Positions 1-7,579 of a stretch of 12,451 nucleotides of DNA are shown one piece after another. The position numbers and the translations under genes are program-made. Numbering within the stretch: the first letter of the stretch is position 1; the number at the start of each line of letters is the position of its first letter. The notes under the pieces were generated by a model that was not told where the DNA came from, did no database searches, and worked only from the letters and a program-made list of their open reading frames with translations. The DNA is from Myxococcota bacterium (lineage in GTDB: Bacteria > Myxococcota_A > UBA796 > GCA-2862545). The stretch spans positions 1 to 12,451 of the forward strand of contig JBCCQY010000216.1 in NCBI GenBank assembly GCA_039208735.1, read 5' to 3'.

Positions 1-245
1 CGCGCTCGGGGCCGCACCGTCAGCCGCCCGTCCTCGAGACCTCGCAACAGCCCATCCGCGCGCGCCTCGACATCCAATCGGAGATCGCCTGTGGGGCATC
101 GGTCGGTCCAGATCCCGTGCACGAGGCCCAGCCAGACGCAGGGGTAGCCGATACAAAGCCCGATCGCTGCGACCATGACAGCGAAGATCCCCATCGCGGG
201 GCCCCCCCCGCGGCGCAGCCGCTGCCAGACCGAAGGTTCGAACAT
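1..245 (-). CDS. 5' part of a hypothetical protein with an N-terminal membrane anchor, truncated at the window edge
   Basis: Not in the ORF track. The ATG at 245-243 is preceded by AAGGAG. The frame is open to position 1: MFEPSVWQRLRRGGGPAMGIFAVMVAAIGLCIGYPCVWLGLVHGIWTDRCPTGDLRLDVEARADGLLRG... A basic patch is followed by a hydrophobic helix. Confidence 0.8.
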   Translation of the reverse strand, partial: MFEPSVWQRLRRGGGPAMGIFAVMVAAIGLCIGYPCVWLGLVHGIWTDRCPTGDLRLDVEARADGLLRGLEDGRLTVRPRA

Positions 246-258
246 GAGGCTCCTTGCC

Positions 259-295
259 CGCCGCCGTGACAACGGTCACGGTGGCGCGCATCTTA
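259..295 (-). promoter_or_regulatory. Inverted repeat (259-286) with a GTGA-N6-TCAC core beside a candidate -10 element TAAGAT (295-290)
   Basis: CGCCGCCGTGAC-aacg-GTCACGGTGGCG has 12-bp arms with one mismatch. It lies between the putative -10 and the SD of the downstream minus-strand gene. Confidence 0.45.
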
Positions 296-314
296 CAAGG
301 CCACCCCTCGTTCG

Positions 315-1904
315 TCACTGCAGGGAGCACGTCTCCATGTTTGCGTCGCACCGGATCGTGTAGGCGTAGTCAGGCCGCACGGACAACTCCGAAATGGCGC
401 GGACGGGTCCTGAACGATCGAAGATCGCCCAGACGGTGTACGTTCCGGGTGGAACCTCGATGAAAGACGCTGCAAGATCCACACGAGGGCCCGGAACATC
501 GGTGCGAACAGCCCAAATGGGCTGCTCTCCGACCCTCCGCAACCGGGATTGCGGCGGCGCTGGCGCAACGGTTTCCGTCGGACCCAGGGCCGCGACCTCG
601 GGCTTGGGAGGCACCACGTCAGGCGCAGCAGGGAGGATCGGGTCGGTTCGCGGCCCGACCTCGATGGCGGGCCCCGAAGCCGGCGGGGAGGACGGTGCAG
701 TGACCACCGGTGGTGGCTTTGTCGGGGTGAGAAGCCGACGCGGCCGGGGATTTCCTGAAAGTCCAGCCACCACAAACACCACCATCAACGCCATCGCCCC
801 AAATCCGGTCAGGCCGAATGCCAAGGCAAGCACCACAAACCCAGGAGAGCGACCCCGTTGCTGCGGGGGGACGGGCTTGGGCAGCGGGTAGGTCGGGGTT
901 GCGGAGGGAACCGCCCGGGTGGGTCGCACCTCGGTGGTTCGGAACTGAAGCTGGTCTTCCTCGAGGACTTGACCGGCCAAGGTCCCCGAACTCCGTCGCG
1001 CCTCACTCCACGTTCGTCCTCGAGCCCAAGTGACCAAATCCGGCGGATGCAGTTTCTGACCGAGCGCGTCACAGGCCGCGGCAAACGACTCGGCAGGGGG
1101 CCTAGCCTCCGGATCGTGCGCCAGTGCACGACGGAGCAGCGGAACCATCGCCTCGGCGACCGGCAGAGTGGCGAGGCCTTGAAGACGCGCATCCATGAAC
1201 GGGTTCCACATGTCGGCATCGAGCGAGTGGGCCGCCTGCACCGTCAGGGTGAGGTTCATGAACCGACGACCCGTCAGGCCTTCGAACAACGTGGCGCCGA
1301 GTGCGTAGATGTCCGATGCCGGCCGTGGCGCGCCCTTCCGGAACCGCTCGGGAGCCAAGTAGGGCGGCGACCCCACCACCAAGTCCGACGCGGTGTGCGC
1401 CGCTCGGGTAATGGCATCGCTGCGGGCGATGCCGAAGTCGAGCAGTTTGACGCCCCCATCGCGGGACAACCGAATGTTGGACGGCTTGATGTCGCGGTGG
1501 ACGAGCTGCAACGGCCCTCGTCCCTCAGGATTTGACGTGTACGCCGCATGCAAAGCTCGCGCGACCGCCGAAGCAACCATCAGCAAGGCACGCGGGGCGA
1601 TGCCCCCTTCCTCAATGCAGGTCGAGAGGTCCGCGCCTTCGACGTACTCGGTGATGAGGGCCACGCGTCCCGCGAGTCGTGTGAGGCCATAGACCTGAAG
1701 AATGCTGGGATGCGAGACCCGTGCAAGAAGCCTCGCCTCGTCGTGCATCCGTTGAACGGCCTGGTGGTTGCCGCCCAGCTCCTCGTGCAGGAGCTTCACG
1801 GCAACGGGGACCCGCGGCCCGGCGCCTTCATCGATGGTTACAGCGTACACTTCGCCGAATCCACCCTTCCCTAGGCATCGGCCCATGACGAACGTGCGTC
1901 CCAC
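315..1904 (-). CDS. Membrane-anchored Hanks-type serine/threonine protein kinase
   Basis: Motifs GKGGFGEV, VAVK, HRDIKPSN, DFG, YLAPE and SDIYALG. A TM helix (FVVLALAFGLTGFGAMALMVVFVVAGL) is followed by a Pro-rich linker and a small C-terminal domain with two Cys. GTG start with AGGAGG 7 nt upstream (1917-1912). Confidence 0.95.
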   Translation of the reverse strand: MGRTFVMGRCLGKGGFGEVYAVTIDEGAGPRVPVAVKLLHEELGGNHQAVQRMHDEARLLARVSHPSILQVYGLTRLAGRVALITEYVEGADLSTCIEEGGIAPRALLMVASAVARALHAAYTSNPEGRGPLQLVHRDIKPSNIRLSRDGGVKLLDFGIARSDAITRAAHTASDLVVGSPPYLAPERFRKGAPRPASDIYALGATLFEGLTGRRFMNLTLTVQAAHSLDADMWNPFMDARLQGLATLPVAEAMVPLLRRALAHDPEARPPAESFAAACDALGQKLHPPDLVTWARGRTWSEARRSSGTLAGQVLEEDQLQFRTTEVRPTRAVPSATPTYPLPKPVPPQQRGRSPGFVVLALAFGLTGFGAMALMVVFVVAGLSGNPRPRRLLTPTKPPPVVTAPSSPPASGPAIEVGPRTDPILPAAPDVVPPKPEVAALGPTETVAPAPPQSRLRRVGEQPIWAVRTDVPGPRVDLAASFIEVPPGTYTVWAIFDRSGPVRAISELSVRPDYAYTIRCDANMETCSLQ

Positions 1905-1905
1905 C

Positions 1906-1951
1906 CTCCGTCCTCCTGCGGACGGAGTTTAGCCGGGAAGGATGTTAGGGT
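1906..1951. promoter_or_regulatory. Divergent promoter region with an 8-6-8 inverted repeat
   Basis: CTCCGTCC-tcctgc-GGACGGAG (1906-1927). Candidate -10 TAAACT on the minus strand (1931-1926). Extended -10 TGtTAGGGT on the plus strand (1943-1951), 6 nt before the Fur ATG, which has no SD. Confidence 0.5.
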
Positions 1952-1957
1952 GGCGGC

Positions 1958-2389
1958 ATGCCTCGGCCACCTGAAGATACCGAGTTGCGAACCATGATTC
2001 GCGACGCAAAACTCCGGGCGACCAACCCTCGTGTGGCGGTGTTGCGTTTGCTGCATGGGATTTCTGCTCCAGCGAGCCACCCCGAAATCTACGAGGCCCT
2101 TCGCAACGACGGCTACGACCGGGCCACGTTGTTTCGGAATCTCGTCGACTTGACGAATGCGGGGCTCTTGCGAAAACGCGACCTTGGGGATCGGCTGTGG
2201 CGCTACGAGCTTGCTTCGGTAAGCGGCGACAGCTCCGATCATCCCCATTTCCTGTGCATCGTCTGTGGTGATGTGAGCTGCCTTCCCGGCATTGCGATGT
2301 CCGTGCCCGATGGCACCGTTCCGCGCGCCTTGCGTAACGGTCACGTCGAGATTCAATTTCGGGGCACCTGCGACGCCTGTCTCGACTGA
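1958..2389 (+). CDS. Fur-family metalloregulator
   Basis: LRATNPRVAVL, RATLFRNLVDL (winged-helix recognition helix), HPHFLCIVCG and C-terminal GTCDAC, giving two CxxC motifs. Subfamily (Fur/Zur/PerR) cannot be assigned. Confidence 0.92.
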   Translation: MPRPPEDTELRTMIRDAKLRATNPRVAVLRLLHGISAPASHPEIYEALRNDGYDRATLFRNLVDLTNAGLLRKRDLGDRLWRYELASVSGDSSDHPHFLCIVCGDVSCLPGIAMSVPDGTVPRALRNGHVEIQFRGTCDACLD

Positions 2390-2407
2390 CGCTGGATAGA
2401 GGGCGCG

Positions 2408-4009
2408 ATGCCCCTATTGTCCTTCCACGACCAGCAAAGGCCTCTGTTTGTCGTGCCCGTGCGGTCGGGACGCACCATCATTGGCCGATCCGACCATCAA
2501 TGCGACATTGCACTGCGGGCCGATGGCATCAGCCGGGTGCATTGTGTGGTGGAACTTGGCCCAACCGGCGCCCGCCTGATCGACCGGTCGCGGCATGGCA
2601 CCGTGCTCAACGGACAAGCCGTCACTGAAGCGGCGCTAGCCGACGGGGACGTCATCACCATTGGCGACGTCCAGGTCCGGTACGCGACCGAAGGTGATGC
2701 GCGGGCCTCCGAAGTGACGTCCAGCACCTTGATCCACCGCCATCTTCACGACGAGTTGGTCGCCGCTTCCGAGGCCGGTGTGGCCTACGAAGGGGTCCGT
2801 TTGCGGTTCGTGCGCGGTCCTCGGCAAGGGGAGGTGCAGGCGATCGAGGTGAGCCCGACCACCCTTGGCGGACCGGGTTCGGACCAAGTCCTCGACGATC
2901 AGCTCCCCCGCAGTGCGGCCCGTCTTCGGGTGGTGCGGGGACGTCCCTTGGTTCAACCTGGCACGGCCGCGGTGTACCTGTCGGGCGTGCGCGTACGGGA
3001 AGCCACGCCGGTCCTCCCCGCCGAGGAGGTCCGCGTTGGCGAACATGGCTTCATCGTCGAAGCGGATCGGGCCGAGGTGGATCGAGAGGCGGACACGTTC
3101 GGTGAAATGGTCGGACGATCGCCCGTGATGCGCAAGCTGTTCGGCGCTCTCACGCGGATTGCGGCGCACGATCAGCCCGTGCTGTTGATCGGTGAAAGCG
3201 GCACGGGCAAGGAACTCGCCGCGCGAGGCCTGCACGACCAAGGTACCCGCGCCGATGGTCCGTTCGTCCCCATCAACTGTGCTGCGGTGACCGAGACGTT
3301 GTTTGAGTCCGAGCTGTTCGGTCATGAGAAGGGGTCCTTCACCGGGGCCACCAGTCGCATGGACGGTGCCTTTCATCGCGCCGATGGCGGCACCTTGTTT
3401 CTCGATGAAGTGGGCGAACTCAAGCTCGACTTGCAAGCCAAGCTGCTGCGGGCGCTGGAATCGGGCGAAGTGCGCCGCGTAGGGGGCCACGAACCGACGT
3501 TCCCCGACGTCCGGGTGGTCGCCGCAACCAACCGCGACCTCACCACGATGATGGCCGAGGGGACCTTCCGATCCGACCTGTATTGGCGCCTTGCCGTACT
3601 CACGGTGCGGGTGCCCAGCCTGCGGGAACGACCTGGTGATGTTCGACAGATCGCCCATGCGCTGGTCAAGCGCCACCATCCGGGCGTCGCCCTTGACGAT
3701 GACGCGGTGGCTCGGCTCGAGGCTCACCGCTGGCCCGGCAACGTGCGTGAACTCCGCAACGTCCTCACCCGCGCCTTCGTGCTGGCCGGAGCCCCGATTC
3801 GCGCCGAAGCCATCGAACTCGAACCGTGGCGTCCGCCGAGCGGACATGCGGTCGCAGCCCCCGCCACTCCGGCGACAGAAGCGCTGCGGATCCGCCAGGC
3901 CCTGGCGGAGACGGGCGGCAACCGCAGCCAAGCGGCGCGAATTCTGGGCATGCCACGGTCAACGCTGTTGTATAAAATCGAAAAACATGGTCTTAATCGT
4001 GACGAATAG
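2408..4009 (+). CDS. Sigma54-dependent enhancer-binding protein with FHA, degenerate second FHA, AAA+ and Fis-type HTH domains
   Basis: FHA motifs IGRS, ISRVH and SRHGT. Walker [24 protein letters not shown], Walker [47 protein letters not shown]. Confidence 0.96.
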   Translation: MPLLSFHDQQRPLFVVPVRSGRTIIGRSDHQCDIALRADGISRVHCVVELGPTGARLIDRSRHGTVLNGQAVTEAALADGDVITIGDVQVRYATEGDARASEVTSSTLIHRHLHDELVAASEAGVAYEGVRLRFVRGPRQGEVQAIEVSPTTLGGPGSDQVLDDQLPRSAARLRVVRGRPLVQPGTAAVYLSGVRVREATPVLPAEEVRVGEHGFIVEADRAEVDREADTFGEMVGRSPVMRKLFGALTRIAAHDQPVLLIGESGTGKELAARGLHDQGTRADGPFVPINCAAVTETLFESELFGHEKGSFTGATSRMDGAFHRADGGTLFLDEVGELKLDLQAKLLRALESGEVRRVGGHEPTFPDVRVVAATNRDLTTMMAEGTFRSDLYWRLAVLTVRVPSLRERPGDVRQIAHALVKRHHPGVALDDDAVARLEAHRWPGNVRELRNVLTRAFVLAGAPIRAEAIELEPWRPPSGHAVAAPATPATEALRIRQALAETGGNRSQAARILGMPRSTLLYKIEKHGLNRDE

Positions 4010-4042
4010 CCTGCAAACCGATGACGGAGCGCCTGGCGTAGA

Positions 4043-4240
4043 ATGCGGCTCCACCGGCAAGAGCGAAGACCTCATCGCGCAGAGCCCATTGGAGATCGCC
4101 AGGTCATCGCCATGGTGTACGGGCTACGACGAAAGCGAGGTTCCGCTTTAGAACCCTGGACCAATGGCGCCCCGACCGCGAAGGTGCATCTCCGAGCGGC
4201 AGGCGTCTGGCAAGCCCTTTTCGAACCAAGAGCCCCCTGA
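4043..4240 (+). CDS. Possible 65-aa hypothetical protein
   Basis: Fills the gap between the EBP and YchJ. Its stop overlaps the YchJ start as TGATG. The SD is weak and no motif is recognised. Confidence 0.35.
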   Translation: MRLHRQERRPHRAEPIGDRQVIAMVYGLRRKRGSALEPWTNGAPTAKVHLRAAGVWQALFEPRAP

Positions 4241-4653
4241 TGAGTCGTTGTCGTTGCCACAGCCGACGCCTCGAGCGCCGTTGTTGCGGACCGTTGCATG
4301 CAGGTCGACCTGCCGCCACCCCCCAAGCACTCATGCGATCCCGGTACGCCGCTTACGCCCGAGGGCTCGTCGACTACATCATCGCAACCACGGATCCGGC
4401 GGGTCCCCAGTGGGACCCCGATACCGAAGGTTGGCGAGCGCGGATCCTCGCGTTCTGCCAGGACACCCGGTTCGAAGGCCTTCGGATCCTGGACGCCCCA
4501 CCTCCCGGGACCGATGAGGGTTTTGTCACGTTCGAAGCCACCTTGATCCAGGATGGTCGCAACGCTTCATTCACCGAACGCTCACGCTTTGTCCGGGTCG
4601 AGGGAACCTGGAGGTATTCCTCTGGCGAGAACGTGGGCGGCGACCAGGGTTAG
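4240..4653 (+). CDS. ychJ: YchJ-family (UPF0225) SEC-C motif metal-binding protein
   Basis: N-terminal CRCHS-x6-CC SEC-C-like motif, ALMRSRYAAY, G-x-V-x-F-x-A, ERSRF and W-x-Y-x-x-G. Confidence 0.9.
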   Translation: MSRCRCHSRRLERRCCGPLHAGRPAATPQALMRSRYAAYARGLVDYIIATTDPAGPQWDPDTEGWRARILAFCQDTRFEGLRILDAPPPGTDEGFVTFEATLIQDGRNASFTERSRFVRVEGTWRYSSGENVGGDQG

Positions 4654-4733
4654 ACTGCGGCCGCAGCTGGCAGACTCAATCTGACGTACCGGGTCCGGCC
4701 CGCGCTGGTGTCGACACACGAGGAGGGAGGAGA

Positions 4734-5408
4734 ATGCCAATCGCGTGGTGGCTCTGCAGCCTGGCCGTCGCAGCCGAAGGTTGGTCGGTGGATCCTACGA
4801 CCATCCGCTGGAGCGAGGATGGCGGGGCCCTATTGGTGGAGGTCGCTCTCTCCGGATCGGCCCGCATCGACCGAACGGAGCCGGCGTACGTCGGCGTGAC
4901 GGTCGTCACCGAGGACGACAAGGTCCACGATCTCGTGGTCCACACTGTCTTCCCCACCGACGATCCCGAACCCGAAACGATGCTGTTTACCGCCGAACTC
5001 TCGAGGTCCCCCAAGTACGTCCTGATCGGGGCGTGGGGCGAAAAAATCGAGCCGTGTGGTGTGGATCGCCCGGGGTGCCGAGCGTTCGGGTTCGTGCTCG
5101 ACCAAAGCCTCGCGTCGTTCCCGGAGGGGCTCTACACGGACGGCGTGCGACAGCGGTTGCTGCCCCCAACCTACGCGATCGGCGTCAAGGGGGATCAGGC
5201 TGCGGTCGTCAAAGCGGCCCAGCCTTTTGCCAACGTGTTTGGCAGCACGGTCGAGGTGCGGAAGGCCAAAGGGCCGAAGCCGGGCAAAGGGGTGTGGGTC
5301 CGTTCGAAGGACGATCTGGCGTTTGCCAACGAAGTCGCCCAGGTGCTGGGTCTTGAAGCCGGCGTCGAGCCTGGCCTCAAAGCGCCCATGGTGGTCATCT
5401 CGGGATGA
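4734..5408 (+). CDS. Secreted hypothetical protein with a possible LytR_C-like C-terminal domain
   Basis: Strong SD (GGAGGAG). Short signal peptide ending AVA. A Cys pair (C-x6-C). The C-terminus AFANEVAQVLG...PMVVISG resembles LytR_C. Confidence 0.8.
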   Translation: MPIAWWLCSLAVAAEGWSVDPTTIRWSEDGGALLVEVALSGSARIDRTEPAYVGVTVVTEDDKVHDLVVHTVFPTDDPEPETMLFTAELSRSPKYVLIGAWGEKIEPCGVDRPGCRAFGFVLDQSLASFPEGLYTDGVRQRLLPPTYAIGVKGDQAAVVKAAQPFANVFGSTVEVRKAKGPKPGKGVWVRSKDDLAFANEVAQVLGLEAGVEPGLKAPMVVISG

Positions 5409-6624
5409 GCCGACGCTGACGTTCGGCCCGCCCCGTCCGGGCAATGGTCGCCCACGATCGTGGCGGCCACAGCCAGGTCGACACAAACACCGTGCCGAGG
5501 AGCAGGGGCCAGACGAGCCGCTGTAGCGGCGCAACGATGAGGTCCCGACCCCGGGATCGATCGGCGAGGGTCAGGGCGATGAGGCTGACCGCATCGATGA
5601 CGAGCAAGGTTGTGGCCCACGGAGCAATCAAGGCCCGCGCGAGGTCGTCCCGGTGCCACCACCCGAGCAGCGCGGCCAAAACCGGCACCAAGTACACACC
5701 GATGTGGGCAAACCACAGATTGGGGAGGGCGAGGAACCGGACGCGCCACGGCGCAGACCAGGGCCATCCATGCTTCCAGATGCAGGCCAGATTGCCCCAA
5801 AGCCACCGCCGACGCTGACGCCACAGACCGCCCAGCGTGCTAGGGACTTCGGTGAAGGCCCACGCCCGGGCTTCGAAGACCAAGGTCTGATCGGTTCGGA
5901 GCAACGTCACGCACAGGTCGGTGTCTTCCGCCAACGTGTCGGGCGAAAAACCACCGTGTTCGACGACGACGTCTCGGCGCCACAACGCAGCTGCACCCGG
6001 GATCGTAGTGATGACCCCCAGCAGGTTTTGGGCCCGTCGGTCGAGGTGGAGACTCGCGACGTACTCGAGGCTCTGCAACATCGCGAGCAACCGCCGACGG
6101 TTGCCCACACGCACGTTGGATGCCACGGCTGCCGCCTTCGATCGTTGTTGTGCGGCCACCAACCACGCGAGGCACGTCTCTTCGACCAGGGTGTCTGCGT
6201 CGACCGTGACCACGAGGTCGGTGCGAGCCTCGCCAAAGCCTCGATTGAGCGCCCGGGCCTTGCCTTGATTCGGCTCTTGCACGAGCAGGTGCACCCGAGG
6301 ATCCTCGATCTGCCTCACTTCGTCGGCCGTGGCATCGCGCGACCCGTCGTCGACCACCAACACCGTGACCTCGACCCCTTGGCTGCCCAGCAAGCATTCC
6401 ACGGTGCGACGAATGACCCGGGCTTCGTTGTAGGCCGGAACCACAACCGTAAGGGGGACCGGATGCGCGAGATCGGGCGTTCGATGAGCGCGTTGCCGGT
6501 TCCAATCCAGTAATGAAAGGACCAGCAGACCCAACCATCGCACGGGCAACCCGACGACAATGAGCAGGGCCAGGCCGTCGAGTCCGGTGAGCAGCACGTC
6601 GATCAGCGCGTTCGCCGGGGCCAT
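5395..6624 (-). CDS. Processive GT2 glycosyltransferase (PgaC/IcaA/CesA-like polysaccharide synthase)
   Basis: VPAYNE, VDDGS, GKA, DAD, AEDTD and QRRRW (the D,D,D,QxxRW set), with N- and C-terminal TM helices. Start re-called to the ATG at 6624, which has GAGG upstream; 409 aa. Confidence 0.93.
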   Translation of the reverse strand: MAPANALIDVLLTGLDGLALLIVVGLPVRWLGLLVLSLLDWNRQRAHRTPDLAHPVPLTVVVPAYNEARVIRRTVECLLGSQGVEVTVLVVDDGSRDATADEVRQIEDPRVHLLVQEPNQGKARALNRGFGEARTDLVVTVDADTLVEETCLAWLVAAQQRSKAAAVASNVRVGNRRRLLAMLQSLEYVASLHLDRRAQNLLGVITTIPGAAALWRRDVVVEHGGFSPDTLAEDTDLCVTLLRTDQTLVFEARAWAFTEVPSTLGGLWRQRRRWLWGNLACIWKHGWPWSAPWRVRFLALPNLWFAHIGVYLVPVLAALLGWWHRDDLARALIAPWATTLLVIDAVSLIALTLADRSRGRDLIVAPLQRLVWPLLLGTVFVSTWLWPPRSWATIARTGRAERQRRLIPR

Positions 6625-6648
6625 GGCCGTCCTCAAGCGTGTCGTAGC

Positions 6649-6759
6649 CCGGCGGAAGAGGAGACGCCCCGCCACCACTCGCACGGATCCACGATGCAGG
6701 GGGGTGCGGCAAGGCGGTGGTGACGGGACGTCTCACTTGCTTTCTACGTTCCAGACCGG
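6649..6759 (-). ncRNA. Candidate structured cis-regulatory RNA or sRNA between comF and the GT2 gene
   Basis: 18-bp stem (6661-6678 with 6717-6734) whose two mismatches are both G-U on the minus strand. Inner stem CGCAC/GUGCG and outer stem 6649-6657 with 6749-6759. No known family recognised. Confidence 0.45.
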
Positions 6760-6779
6760 TGTTTGTTCGATTCGAGCTG

Positions 6780-7430
6780 TCACGGCCTGTCGCATCCCGC
6801 GTCTTCATCGCGACGTTCCGTGGCACACAGCACGGCGACGATGACCGTTTCGGTACGTTCTCCCAGCAATTCTCGAACACATGCCTCGGCCGTCGCTCCG
6901 GTTGTCAAGACATCGTCCACGAGGACCGCGCGACCGACGACTGGCCGAATCGAACGAATGCGCTGTCGAAGGTTGGCCCGTCGCTGCATCGCATCGAAGG
7001 ACGCATTCGGGGCCCCTGTACGCATGTGGAGAGCGTGAATCAGCGGCACACGAAGGCGCTTTGCCAGCACCTGGGCCAGCACAGATGCGGTCGCGAAGCC
7101 TCGACGGGCGCGTCGGGTCCAGGCGCTGGGCACGGGCACCACCGCATCGACCGCACCCCGTAGCCAAGGCCCGACATGCGCACTGAAGGCCCGAGCGAGA
7201 CCCACGATCGCCGCACGGTCTGCACCGTATTTGGCACGGCGAAGGCGATCGCCGGTCGCCGAATCGTAAGGGGTGAGCGCCACCGCGTGCTGCACCCCCG
7301 CCAATGGCTTGGGAATCGGCACCAGCTGCCAGTGTTCAGCACACGCCTCACAGACCCCGTGAACCTCTTCGGCTGCACACACGACGCAACACGACACCCA
7401 CAAGCCGCTAACCACCGCACTCCAGTCCAT
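6780..7430 (-). CDS. comF: ComF-family protein (zinc ribbon plus phosphoribosyltransferase-like domain)
   Basis: CVVC...CEAC, AKY, VVPVP, RARRGF and the [15 protein letters not shown]-binding motif. Start re-called to the ATG at 7430 (GGAG 6 nt upstream); 216 aa. Confidence 0.9.
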   Translation of the reverse strand: MDWSAVVSGLWVSCCVVCAAEEVHGVCEACAEHWQLVPIPKPLAGVQHAVALTPYDSATGDRLRRAKYGADRAAIVGLARAFSAHVGPWLRGAVDAVVPVPSAWTRRARRGFATASVLAQVLAKRLRVPLIHALHMRTGAPNASFDAMQRRANLRQRIRSIRPVVGRAVLVDDVLTTGATAEACVRELLGERTETVIVAVLCATERRDEDAGCDRP

Positions 7431-7579
7431 TGCACGCTCCGGCGCCCAAGTGTCCCGATGGGCAAGCTCTGTCGCGGAAATTGGAGCGGGGAAGTGACCG
7501 GGCAAGGCAGACACTGCGGCTTACGCAAGCGCTGGCGAGTCCGGTTACGGGCCGGATCCATGTGTTCTGGAGGCTCGAC

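Noticed and set aside
201..210. C8 homopolymer as a phase-variation tract
   Set aside because: Short, in frame (Gly codons) and unremarkable at this GC content.
3331..3350. GSFTGA instead of GAFTGA in the EBP
   Set aside because: A common variant that keeps the key F and T residues, so it is not evidence of sigma54 independence.
2636..3931. Long antisense ORFs (431 aa here; also 5653-6513, 5840-6880 and 858-1535)
   Set aside because: Shadow or alternative frames of well-supported genes in high-GC DNA, with no motifs.
4126..4248. Type II hammerhead-like cores: ACGAC-GAAA-GCG..CGC-UU and CUGAUGA-GUCGU
   Set aside because: Stems II and III can be drawn, but stem I cannot form (UAGAACC versus GAGCCCC). 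CTGATGA is explained by the TGATG stop/start overlap.
6651..6752. tRNA-Sec, 6S or SRP identity for the intergenic hairpin (it ends UCUUCCGCC on the minus strand)
   Set aside because: No UCA anticodon arm, T-loop or CCA, no SRP domain IV motif, and the bubble geometry does not fit 6S.
6641..6752. 10-11-nt matches to other sites (CGGGCTACGAC at 4120, GAGACGCCCC at 12354, GGAACGTAGA at 9541)
   Set aside because: Too short; expected by chance in 12 kb of GC-rich sequence.
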